NCBI GenBank assembly: GCA_964014485.1
Contig: CAXHAT010000006.1
Span: 1-64,000 of the forward strand
Length of the DNA: 64,000 nt
From: an uncultured Deferribacteres bacterium
GTDB lineage: Bacteria > Zhuqueibacterota > Zhuqueibacteria > Zhuqueibacterales > Geothermadaptataceae
Reading direction: 5' to 3'
The position numbers and the translations under genes are program-made. Of this stretch, positions 7,301 through 16,255 are shown one piece after another (positions within the stretch are counted from its first letter, which is position 1; each line of letters begins with the position of its first letter). The notes under the pieces were generated by a model. It was not told the DNA's origin. It searched no databases and worked only from the letters and a program-made list of their open reading frames with translations.

Positions 7301-9802
7301 ATGCAAAGGCAGGCAAGGATTCTGCGTTTTTGGGGGATGGTAACGGCGTTTGGGCTGTCGTTCGTTCCGATATTTGCACAACAACCCGTGCAAACCGCCA
7401 ACCCGATTCTATTTGTCACGCAAGTTCCGATCCCCGACGATTTTCTCACCATCGGCGCAACATTCGGCAACCATCTCGGCGATATCAATGCCTGCGGGCG
7501 CGGCGGAGATTTGTTTATTCGCTATCCCGACGGCGAACTGCGAAACTTGACTAAGGAAGCCGGGTTCGGCGTGATCGGTTTTCAGGGCGAAAATAGCATC
7601 GCCGTGCGCGATCCCGCCGTACACTGGAATGGCGAGAAAGCTCTGTTCAGCATGGTCATCGGCGGGCCGCTGCAGTACCAGTACAACGATTATTGCTGGC
7701 AGATCTACGAAATCTCCGGATTGAATAAAGGCGAGACGGCGGTGATCACAAAACTGCCGAACCAGCCGGAAAATTATAACAACGTCAGCCCGATTTACGG
7801 CACGGACGACCGCATCATTTTCACTTCCGACCGCCCGCGCAGCGGCGAACGCCATCTCTATCCTCAACGCGACGAATACGAATCCGCGCCAACGACGACT
7901 GGGCTTTGGAGTCTCGTTCCTGCGACCGGCGATTTGTTCCTGCTCGATCATTCCCCCTCCGGCAACTTCACGCCGATCATCGATAGTTTTGGCCGCGTGA
8001 TTTTTACACGCTGGGATCACTTGCAGCGCGATCAACAGGCGGACGCGGACGCTTCAGGCGGAGGGTATGATTACGGAACATTCAATTACGCCGACGAGTC
8101 CGTCGGAGCCGAGCGACTGACTTCACGCGAGGAAATTTTCCCGGAACCGCGCAAGGGCCGCGACGACTTGCTCGCAGGCACAAATATGCAAGGCCATCGA
8201 TTCAATCATTTTTTCCCTTGGGAAATCAATGAAGACGGCACAGAGTTGGAGACGCTGAACCACATCGGGCGGCATGAATTGCACGAGTACTTTGATCGGG
8301 CGTTGAACGACGACGGCAATCTGGAGGAATTTATCGCCGAAACCACGCCGCGTTTCAACAAGCTCGAATTGTTCAATTTCTTTCACCTCAAGGAAGACCC
8401 GACGCAGCCTGGACGGTTTTACGGGACGGACGCGCCGGAGTTTTTCACCCATTCCGCTGGGCAGATTGTCACGCTCGCCGGAGCGCCGACGGTCAATCCG
8501 GATCAGGCGCTCGTGACCTACGTCACGCATCGCGAAACCGCTGATTACAGCAATAATCCGAGCCCGAATCATTCCGGTCTTTACCGCAATCCGCTCCCGC
8601 TTTCCGACGGCCAGGTGATCGCCGTCCACACGCCTGAGACGCGCATGGATGATAATATCGGCACGCGCGCGCAACCGCAATCACGCTACGATTTCCGCTT
8701 GAAAACTTTGAAAAAGTCCGGCGAGTATTGGGTCGCGGATCAGCCCTTGACCAGCGGCATTTTCAAATCGGTCACCTACCACGACCCGGACGTTCGGGTA
8801 AATTATTCCGGCGATTTGTGGGAAATGAGCCCCGTGGAAGTGGCTGCCCGTCCAAGACCGGCGCCGCGTCAAACGGAGTTGGAACAGCCTGAACTGGACG
8901 TTTTTGCCGAAGAAAACGTGAGCGTGGCGACGCTGGAAAATTACTTGAAGCGAAACGATCTGGCGCTTGTGGTCAGCCGCAACGTGACGACGCGCGATCA
9001 GGCGGATCGGCAGCAGCCGTTCAATCTGCGCGTGAAAAACACCGCGACGCAAACGACCGGCGCGGGCGGCAAAATTTACGACGTTTCTTACCTGCAATTT
9101 TTTCAGGGCGACCAAATCCGCGGCTACGGCGGCGTTGATGATCCCGAAGCCGGACGGCGCATCCTGGCCAATTTCCTGAATGATGAAAACGCTTTGCAGG
9201 CCAACAACTTTCCGGCGGAAAATCCAATCGGCAGTGCAAAAATCGCCGAAGACGGTTCAATGGCCGCCTTTGTCCCCGCCCGCCGCGCGATGACCTGGCA
9301 ATTGACCGACGACGAGAGCAAACCGGTCGTTCGCGAGCGGTATTGGCTCACTTTTCAGCCCGGCGAAATCCGCGTCTGCACTTCGTGTCACGGCCTGAAC
9401 ACAACCGATCAGTCTCAGCAAACAACGCCGCAAAACAAGCCGGAAGCGCTGCGATTGCTTTTGCGCGATTTTATCACCACCGCAATCGCGCCGCAGCCGG
9501 AAACGCAAACCCCGCCCGCTGAATTTCGTCTGCTGGGCAACGCGCCCAATCCGTTCTCCGCGTCAACGCAAATTCGTTTCAACATTGGAATCGGCGCGAA
9601 AGACGGCAGGCTCGTCGTCTTCGACCAACTCGGCAGAACCGTCTGGACGCGGCAAATTGTGCGTTCAAATGCAGGCGGGAATTCTATCGAATGGCGCGGC
9701 GTAGATCAGTCGGGCAGGCCGGTCACCTCGGGGGTTTATTTCTACCGCCTCGAATATTCCGGCGGCGTTTCGAGGGTGGAAAAACTAATGGTCCTCAGGT
9801 AA
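7301..9802 (+). CDS. Hydrazine-synthase-alpha-like (HzsA-related) protein with haem c motif and T9SS/FlgD C-terminal domain
   Basis: Signal peptide; propeller motifs (IIFTSDRPR, GRVIFTRWD); EDGSMAAFVPARRAMTWQL...FQPGEIRVCTSCHG; ends NAPNPF...GVYFYRL. Confidence 0.8.
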   Translation: MQRQARILRFWGMVTAFGLSFVPIFAQQPVQTANPILFVTQVPIPDDFLTIGATFGNHLGDINACGRGGDLFIRYPDGELRNLTKEAGFGVIGFQGENSIAVRDPAVHWNGEKALFSMVIGGPLQYQYNDYCWQIYEISGLNKGETAVITKLPNQPENYNNVSPIYGTDDRIIFTSDRPRSGERHLYPQRDEYESAPTTTGLWSLVPATGDLFLLDHSPSGNFTPIIDSFGRVIFTRWDHLQRDQQADADASGGGYDYGTFNYADESVGAERLTSREEIFPEPRKGRDDLLAGTNMQGHRFNHFFPWEINEDGTELETLNHIGRHELHEYFDRALNDDGNLEEFIAETTPRFNKLELFNFFHLKEDPTQPGRFYGTDAPEFFTHSAGQIVTLAGAPTVNPDQALVTYVTHRETADYSNNPSPNHSGLYRNPLPLSDGQVIAVHTPETRMDDNIGTRAQPQSRYDFRLKTLKKSGEYWVADQPLTSGIFKSVTYHDPDVRVNYSGDLWEMSPVEVAARPRPAPRQTELEQPELDVFAEENVSVATLENYLKRNDLALVVSRNVTTRDQADRQQPFNLRVKNTATQTTGAGGKIYDVSYLQFFQGDQIRGYGGVDDPEAGRRILANFLNDENALQANNFPAENPIGSAKIAEDGSMAAFVPARRAMTWQLTDDESKPVVRERYWLTFQPGEIRVCTSCHGLNTTDQSQQTTPQNKPEALRLLLRDFITTAIAPQPETQTPPAEFRLLGNAPNPFSASTQIRFNIGIGAKDGRLVVFDQLGRTVWTRQIVRSNAGGNSIEWRGVDQSGRPVTSGVYFYRLEYSGGVSRVEKLMVLR

Positions 9803-9839
9803 CGCCTTTTGAAGAAATGAACCAACCTTCCGAGTAACC

Positions 9840-10295
9840 CGGAGTGCAAAGCTTGCTGTGCGCTGGAGTTTGGCTTTTTCAAGACTCTTTTGAAATGCAA
9901 TTTTGCATTGACGCGTTAACACCAACTAAATCAATATGTTCATCAAGGCGCCGGAAGTGCGAAATATCAAAACGACAGGCTTTGCGATTCCACTGTTGAC
10001 GGACGCGAAGCTGATGATTTTGCCCTGAAAGGGCGCCATATCATAGCCAGGGGCAACGCCCCTGGATGGAAAATATCAAAAATCTCCAAGCCCTGTAAGG
10101 GCGATACAAGAGATCGAAGGCTCAAGCTGAGTTCCGACGCCGTTTTTGTATCGCCCTTACAGGGCTTGAAAAATGATATGATTTCCAACCCCAGGGCGCT
10201 GCCCTGGGCTATGTTATCCAGCCCTTTCAGGGCGAAGAGAGAAATTCAAAGAGCCAAACCCCGATGAGAATGAGCAAGGCAAGCCTTGTACTCCG
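9840..10295. repeat. GGAGTGC-family REP doublet enclosing a larger palindromic element
   Basis: CGGAGTGCAAAGCTTGCTGTGC at 9840 and inverted GCAAGGCAAGCCTTGTACTCCG at 10274-10295. Confidence 0.65.
10022..10233. repeat. 212-bp compound palindromic element (REPIN/MITE-like, GCCCTGAAAGGGC units)
   Basis: Ends GCCCTGAAAGGGC / GCCCTTTCAGGGC; inner 23-bp perfect arms at 10087-10109 and 10146-10168; sub-hairpins CCAGGGGCAACGCCCCTGG and CCAGGGCGCTGCCCTGG. Confidence 0.85.
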
Positions 10296-10385
10296 GCGTT
10301 TTCGAGTCTGCCGTATCTTGCATTATTTTGGCATGACGCCGTTGTGCGCGTTGCAGATCACAAGCGTCGTTATGAGGCGTTTGGC

Positions 10386-10414
10386 TTGACATTTCTCATC
10401 TCTTACGATACTTT
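10386..10414 (+). promoter_or_regulatory. sigma70-type promoter upstream of the cyclase-family gene
   Basis: TTGACA-N17-TACTTT. Confidence 0.55.
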
Positions 10415-10592
10415 GAATGCATCAAGTCAGACGATTTGATATCCTGAACGGGAACTCCTTTTATTTTTGAAATAACCGGCTATTATGTTTCCAATACTGG
10501 AAACATTCTGGTTGCCGTCTTGGCGGCTCAATGATCTATGTATACGCCCAATAAGGCTCTTGAAGACGTCTACACTACACAAGGTGATCGTT

Positions 10593-11567
10593 ATGAAAGA
10601 AATTCTTGGCCGGTTCCAACTCTTGTTTATTGTGCTTCAGTTAATCTGTATCTCAGGTGTGGTACTCGCCCAAGCACCTGAAGATGAGCCATGGTGGCCG
10701 CATCCGATATGGGGGAGCGAAGATCAAGCCGGCGGATCGAACTGGATCACCCCTGAAAAAATTGTTGAGTCACTCGCACTTGTTAAAACTGGAAATGTCT
10801 ATGAGTTGGGGTTCGTCTACCACAATGACATACCGTTGATCGGATCCAGGGTATATCAATTTAATGTACCTGAGACCGGCGGTCCATACGGAGAGGGCGG
10901 AATGCTAATCAATGGAGAAACTCTTACGGCGAGCATCGGGCAAACGGGAACGCAGTTCGATGGTCTGGGGCATGTTGGGCGGCGCGTTACGTTGGAAAAC
11001 GGGGAAACCAGAGACGCTTACTACAATGGGTTCACAACCGAAGATATATACGATTCTAGTGGGCTAAAAAAGTTGGGTATCGAGCATGTGAAGCCCATCA
11101 TAACGAAGGGAATCCTGATCGATGTGGCCGGACTAAAGGGCGTTCCTACCTTGCCTGACGGCTATGTGGTCACGATGGAAGATGTTCGGAATTCGCTTGA
11201 GCGTCAAGGTATTGATGAAGCAACGATCACGCCCGGTGACGCCCTTCTTTTTAACTTCGGGTGGTGGCGTATCATCGGGGATGCAGAAAAGTACACGAGC
11301 TTCAACTGGCCGGGCGTCGACCAGGAAGTAGCCCAGTGGGTCATTGAGAAACAAGCTTCGATGATCGGTTCAGACTCGAGTGCCGAGCCTCCTGGTCAGG
11401 CGGGTGTACACTTCGATCTGCTGATGAAGAATGGCATTTTCAACTTGGAGTTTATGACGTTCGAGTCGCTGCTTGCAACTCAGGTACGCGAATTCCTTTT
11501 CGTTTTTATCCCGTTGCCTATAAAAGGTGCAACTGGTTCTCCAGGTCGTCCGATAGCGATTCATTAG
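10593..11567 (+). CDS. Secreted cyclase-family (kynurenine formamidase-like) metallohydrolase; probable gene cassette
   Basis: WGSEDQAGGSN, QTGTQFDGLGH, GILIDVA, GDALL, PLPIKGATGSPGRPIAI; signal peptide; followed by an attC-like site. Confidence 0.88.
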   Translation: MKEILGRFQLLFIVLQLICISGVVLAQAPEDEPWWPHPIWGSEDQAGGSNWITPEKIVESLALVKTGNVYELGFVYHNDIPLIGSRVYQFNVPETGGPYGEGGMLINGETLTASIGQTGTQFDGLGHVGRRVTLENGETRDAYYNGFTTEDIYDSSGLKKLGIEHVKPIITKGILIDVAGLKGVPTLPDGYVVTMEDVRNSLERQGIDEATITPGDALLFNFGWWRIIGDAEKYTSFNWPGVDQEVAQWVIEKQASMIGSDSSAEPPGQAGVHFDLLMKNGIFNLEFMTFESLLATQVREFLFVFIPLPIKGATGSPGRPIAIH

Positions 11568-11570
11568 GGC

Positions 11571-11691
11571 GTATAATCCGCGATGCAGCCAACAAACCGC
11601 TCGACGGTTTCAGCGTTGCTCCCTCGTCGGCGTCTCCGTAGCTTTTAGAAAGGTCGCCGCAGCGGCTTGCGGCTAATCGCTACCGTTAGTC
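11571..11691 (+). mobile_element. Degenerate integron attC recombination site
   Basis: Starts 3 nt after the stop: GTATAA[C missing]-TCCGC-GATGCAGC (L'') ... GCTAATC (L')-GCTACC-GTTAGTC (R'); inner arms CAAACCGCT/AGCGGCTTG pair. Confidence 0.65.
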
Positions 11692-11935
11692 GATAAATCA
11701 TAACGAGCACTAATGTCAGAATATTTTGCAACGCTCCATTGGAAACGTCGAGAACATGAAAACTTTATCGATGCAAAGTACAGCCGGAAACATCATCAGG
11801 TTTTTGCCGGCGGCTGTGGTTGAAGCTTCCCCTCCCCATACATTGCCCTCCCTTTATTCCTACGAATCATATGTTGATTCCGAGGAAACGCTCGCAAAAA
11901 TGCACCATTAATCGCTTCCAGTCGTCAGAATAGAA

Positions 11936-13006
11936 TTGAAGTTCCCCCTTAAATTTTTTGCCGGAGAACGCGCTTATCAACGCATTCAAAAAGAGGGCTT
12001 GTCGCCGGAAATGGTCGGCGTCGTTCCCGGCGCTGCGGGCGGTCCGAAATGGTTGATTTTGAGCCGCCTTGACCGATTCCTTTTTGGCGAGTGGTTCCTC
12101 AAAAATCAGTCGCCCGTTTCCTTGATCGGCGCGTCCAGCGGTGCGTGGCGATTTGCCTGTGCGGCGCAAAACGATCCCGTTGCTGCGGGCAAACGTTTTG
12201 AGAACGCTTATATTTATCAATGCTATGCAAAAAGGCCTTCACCGGAACAAGTTTCTCAAAAGAGCTTCAAGATTCTGGATCATGTTCTCGGCTCAAGCGG
12301 CGCCGACGAGGTCGTTGAGAACAAAAGATTTCACGCTAGCTTTTTAACGGTGCGCTGTCAAGGCTGGACAAGTCGAGATGAAAAACTTCCGCTTGCAATC
12401 GGTTCCTTAGGGGCGGCGGCAGCGAATGCGGTTGCGCGGGAAGGCGTACAATATTTTTTTGAGCGAGCGATATTTCATTCGCCAAAGTCGCGCCCGCCAA
12501 TTTCTGAAGAAGTGCTCGGAAAATCGGATTGCGTTCTTCTGAAGCCGGGAAATGTTCGCCAGGCGCTGCTCGCCAGCGGTTCGATTCCTTTGGCCATGTC
12601 CGGCGTCAGAGATATTTCCGGCGCTCCGGCCGGAACATACCGCGACGGCGGGGTGGTCGATTACCACCTTGATTTACCGTACGATTCAAATCAGAAAATT
12701 ATTCTCTACCCGCACTACTGCGATCAAATTATCCCCGGTTGGCTGGACAAATTCGTCCCCTGGCGCAAGCCGAAGCGCGAAAACATGACAAACGTTCTGT
12801 TGATCGCTCCATCGGAAGAATTTCTGCGGCGTCTGCCTTATGGTAAAATTCCAGATCGAAAGGACTTCTGGTTTTTTGCCGGTGAAGATAATGCACGCGT
12901 GCAGTATTGGAAGAAAGTTGCAAGAGAAGGAGAACGCCTGCGGGACGCTTTTGCAGAAGCGGTAGAAAAAGATAAAATTCAGGAATTGATGCAACCGCTT
13001 GGATAA
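11936..13006 (+). CDS. Patatin-like phospholipase family protein
   Basis: GAAGGPK, GASSG nucleophile elbow, ASGSIP, RDGG. Confidence 0.88.
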   Translation: MKFPLKFFAGERAYQRIQKEGLSPEMVGVVPGAAGGPKWLILSRLDRFLFGEWFLKNQSPVSLIGASSGAWRFACAAQNDPVAAGKRFENAYIYQCYAKRPSPEQVSQKSFKILDHVLGSSGADEVVENKRFHASFLTVRCQGWTSRDEKLPLAIGSLGAAAANAVAREGVQYFFERAIFHSPKSRPPISEEVLGKSDCVLLKPGNVRQALLASGSIPLAMSGVRDISGAPAGTYRDGGVVDYHLDLPYDSNQKIILYPHYCDQIIPGWLDKFVPWRKPKRENMTNVLLIAPSEEFLRRLPYGKIPDRKDFWFFAGEDNARVQYWKKVAREGERLRDAFAEAVEKDKIQELMQPLG

Positions 13007-13268
13007 AATCGGCAATCGTTCGCCGGACGTCAAACGTATTTTTTGACACCGCGAAACGGCGTTCGAGAGAATTTTTGGACATAGTGACCGAAGCTTAAAG
13101 CTCAACCAGGCTAGATGAAACACTGTTGGCGCGACTGGAGCGTGCATAAAAAAGTCGTTTAGAATGAGGCGGAAAAGGTTGCGGTATAATTCTTGTCTTT
13201 AAGCGTGATTGTTGGGTGCGATAACATAATCGTAATTCGCCGCTTATTCATTTTTCAAGAATTCAGCC

Positions 13269-14669
13269 ATGAAACGCCGTTTTTTCATTTCACGTCGTTC
13301 AGTTTTGTCCGTGACTAAAAGCGCTTTTTCCCTGGTACTTTTTACACTGCCAATTTTTCCAAACGCCTCGTTTTCTCAGCAAAACACTGCTCTAATTTCC
13401 TCTAAAACGCCATTCTCCGAACCAAGCGTCTCACGTCCGCGGAAAGGCGGCGTTTATACGGACCCGGTATTCGGCACGCAGATAAAACGCCTCACGGATG
13501 CAAGCTCTGAAGGCGGAAAAGGGTTCATTTGCTACTACCCGAAACTCAATCCCTTCAATGCTGACGAGAGTCGAATTCTCGTTTACGAGCGTGGCGGTCG
13601 ATGGCATTTATTCTCAATTGCCGGGGAACGGCTCAAGCAATTGCCGATTAGAAACGGCCAAACCGATCCTCAACCGCGCTGGAGTCCCTCCAACCCGAAC
13701 AAGCTGCTCTGGTTCGACGCCAACAAAATTCAAGAACTTGACCTTCAAACGAACGTCATCTCCACGATTCATCAATTTGAGGAATATGAGTTCATCACAA
13801 ATTACGATGAAGGCAATTACAGTGCTGACGGGCGAATCGTAGGGTTGGCTGGGCGAAAATGGCCCTGGTTCGGCGGCTTACAGGATTTTTTTGTTTTCGA
13901 TTTGGTCGATAGAAAAATCATCGGTTCAAAAATTTCGGCGACCGGAAAACAGATTGATTGGGTCAGCATTTCGCCGTCGGGGAAATACCTGACCTTGCTG
14001 GTTGGCACGCCTCATGGCAAGGGTCAGTGGCAAGGCGTGGATGTTTACAGCCTGCCTGAAATTTCACTTATGCCGCACGGGTATTATCCGTTCAGCGATC
14101 ATGCAGACATGGGATTCGACGCAAACAACAACGAAGTTTACGTTACCGATAACGCCGAGGGCGGCTACCCGGATCGCTTGCGGCATATCGAAATGTACCG
14201 CTTGGATAACGGTGAAAAAACCGACCTTTTAGGTTTGAACTGGGGGATGAGCATGTTGATTTCCTGCCAGAATCGCAATGCGCCGGGCTGGGCGCTGGTC
14301 AGCACCTACAGCATTCCGGAAGGCCTCGCTAACCAGGAAGTCTTGCCCTTTGAAGACGAAATTTTCGCGGTAAAGCTTGACGGATCGTACGAAGTCCGTC
14401 GTCTGGCGCACCACCGCAGCCAGCGTTTTTCAGTCGGAGATTATTCATACAATAATTACTGGGATCAGCCGAACGCCGTTTTGTCGCCGAACGGGAATTA
14501 TGTTTTGTTTACCAGCAATTGGCGGGAATTGGGCTCGCCGGAAGACGTTTATTTGATGGATTTGTCAGACGCAACAGGATGGATCGTGTCGAACGATTCG
14601 AAAGATTTGACAGCCCCCAAAGCGCCGCGGAACGTACGCGTTAAGCTCGAGAGCGACGGCTTGCAATGA
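13269..14669 (+). CDS. Secreted TolB-like beta-propeller protein of unknown function
   Basis: Signal peptide; DPVFGTQIKRLTD, PRWSPSNP, VRRLAHHRS, SPNGNYVLFTSNW; ends DLTAPKAPRNVRV. Confidence 0.75.
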   Translation: MKRRFFISRRSVLSVTKSAFSLVLFTLPIFPNASFSQQNTALISSKTPFSEPSVSRPRKGGVYTDPVFGTQIKRLTDASSEGGKGFICYYPKLNPFNADESRILVYERGGRWHLFSIAGERLKQLPIRNGQTDPQPRWSPSNPNKLLWFDANKIQELDLQTNVISTIHQFEEYEFITNYDEGNYSADGRIVGLAGRKWPWFGGLQDFFVFDLVDRKIIGSKISATGKQIDWVSISPSGKYLTLLVGTPHGKGQWQGVDVYSLPEISLMPHGYYPFSDHADMGFDANNNEVYVTDNAEGGYPDRLRHIEMYRLDNGEKTDLLGLNWGMSMLISCQNRNAPGWALVSTYSIPEGLANQEVLPFEDEIFAVKLDGSYEVRRLAHHRSQRFSVGDYSYNNYWDQPNAVLSPNGNYVLFTSNWRELGSPEDVYLMDLSDATGWIVSNDSKDLTAPKAPRNVRVKLESDGLQ

Positions 14670-14684
14670 TCCGCTCGCCTCGAT

Positions 14685-15770
14685 TCAGGTCAGCATTTTC
14701 AGCCTTTTAACAGTCGGTTCTTCGACCGACGTTCTCTCGCCGCGCTCGGCCTGCCGGAGCAAACGCAAAATGTGCGGCCCCAAAACATCGATCTCAGTTG
14801 AAACATACTGTTCGCCCCCAAAACGCTCAATGGTCTCGGTCTGTTTTTTGAGCATCCTGGCGTCCTGCCCAAAAATAAAAAGCACCACTGGCTTGACCAA
14901 AGTCTTGATCAACCACCCCGGGAAAGGAAGCCGAAAGGTGACGACGGCAAAAAGCCGCGTTTCAAAGTCGGTGACTGGCGTTAGAGCGGCGGCAAGATTC
15001 AGATGACTCGATTCTCCCAATTTATATTCAACCTGCAGGATGGACGGGAGGTAGAAACGATCAAAATGCGTAACCGTTCCGCCTTTGGGCGCGAGCACCT
15101 TTCCGGCCAAACCTTCGGGGCGCGGCTCACCGATAAATTCCGCTTCAACGCGATCATGCCAGCGCCGGACAACCACGTCAAGTTCATTTTTTTCAGTATT
15201 TTCCGAGCGAAACAATCCACCGTGTAAGTATGCCGTGTGGGGCACATCCAATGCGTTTTCGGCAACTGCGTGAACGGAGCCTTCTATTGAAAGCTCTTGC
15301 GTCACGGTTGTATAATCGCCATGGTTTATAAGCGAAAAGTGGTACGGATCGCGTTCAGGCTTAACGCCCGGCGTCGCATAAAGCCACACGAAGCCGTCTT
15401 GCTCTTTCACGGCATAACTTGCCGCATTGCGTCCTTTTTTCTCATGTTCCGCGTTGAGCCCGGGCACCAGCTTACAAACCCCGCCAGTATTAAATTGCCA
15501 GCCGTGATAGGCGCATTCCAGATTTTCATTCTTTACTTTCCCGGCGGACAACGGCACATTTCTGTGCGGGCATCGATCGAGCAACGCACCGACGGCGCCA
15601 TTCTTGTTCCTGAACAGCACGATTGGCGCGCCGAGCAACGTTACCTGCATGGGTTTGCGGCGCAATTTCTTCGATTCACAGACGATGTACCAATCATCTG
15701 CAATACGCGCGACGGAACTATGATTTTTGGTTTCCGGCGGGGTTAATCGCGCGGCTAATTCTGATTTCAC
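14685..15770 (-). CDS. Rieske non-haem iron oxygenase (VanA-like alpha subunit)
   Basis: CPHR...CAYHG Rieske motif; ENALDVPHTAYLH iron-binding motif. Confidence 0.92.
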   Translation of the reverse strand: MKSELAARLTPPETKNHSSVARIADDWYIVCESKKLRRKPMQVTLLGAPIVLFRNKNGAVGALLDRCPHRNVPLSAGKVKNENLECAYHGWQFNTGGVCKLVPGLNAEHEKKGRNAASYAVKEQDGFVWLYATPGVKPERDPYHFSLINHGDYTTVTQELSIEGSVHAVAENALDVPHTAYLHGGLFRSENTEKNELDVVVRRWHDRVEAEFIGEPRPEGLAGKVLAPKGGTVTHFDRFYLPSILQVEYKLGESSHLNLAAALTPVTDFETRLFAVVTFRLPFPGWLIKTLVKPVVLFIFGQDARMLKKQTETIERFGGEQYVSTEIDVLGPHILRLLRQAERGERTSVEEPTVKRLKMLT

Positions 15771-15978
15771 CGAATTACCTGATTTTTTTGGAATACGATT
15801 TCGTGGCTGCAGCTACGATTTTGAAACCGCTCGCTGCAAAAAGAGCGGGATTTAAAATCATTTCCTTGCACACATGAAAAGTATACTGCTTTGCGCAGAA
15901 CAAATTGCAATCACCTAAACAAGGAGTTCACAATGTTTTTTTACCATTGTCAGATTCACTTAAGAAAGGAGAAAAACC

Positions 15979-16239
15979 ATGTTGAGTAGACCTGAAGCCT
16001 ACGGCGGTTATCGAATTCGAAGAAAAACGTACGGCGTTGGACTCGTGCGCCGCCGTGACGAAGGGGCGCGCGTTCCTTGGCGCCATGCTCCTACTGAAAC
16101 CGATAGTCTCAATTCACTAACAGTTGAAAGCGTTGGAAAATCCTGGAGAAACTTCTGTTACGAGAGCCTGACGAACCGACCGATCATCGTCTCGCTCCAG
16201 ACGCTAAATTGGAGAAGATCGACAGCCTGTTTTGTCTGA
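15979..16239 (+). CDS. Small hypothetical protein (86 aa)
   Basis: Strong AAGGAG RBS with ATG; fills the gap before the convergent gene; no family recognised. Confidence 0.4.
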   Translation: MLSRPEAYGGYRIRRKTYGVGLVRRRDEGARVPWRHAPTETDSLNSLTVESVGKSWRNFCYESLTNRPIIVSLQTLNWRRSTACFV

Positions 16240-16255
16240 CTAACACTCGGATCCG

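Noticed and set aside
7301..9802. Anammox hydrazine synthase
   Set aside because: No beta or gamma subunit genes nearby, a single haem motif and a secretion CTD; only domain-level similarity.
9967..10188. 73-aa ORF and similar short ORFs over repeats (46392, 46471, 52698, 53999)
   Set aside because: They are translations of palindromic or MITE sequence with no RBS or family signal.
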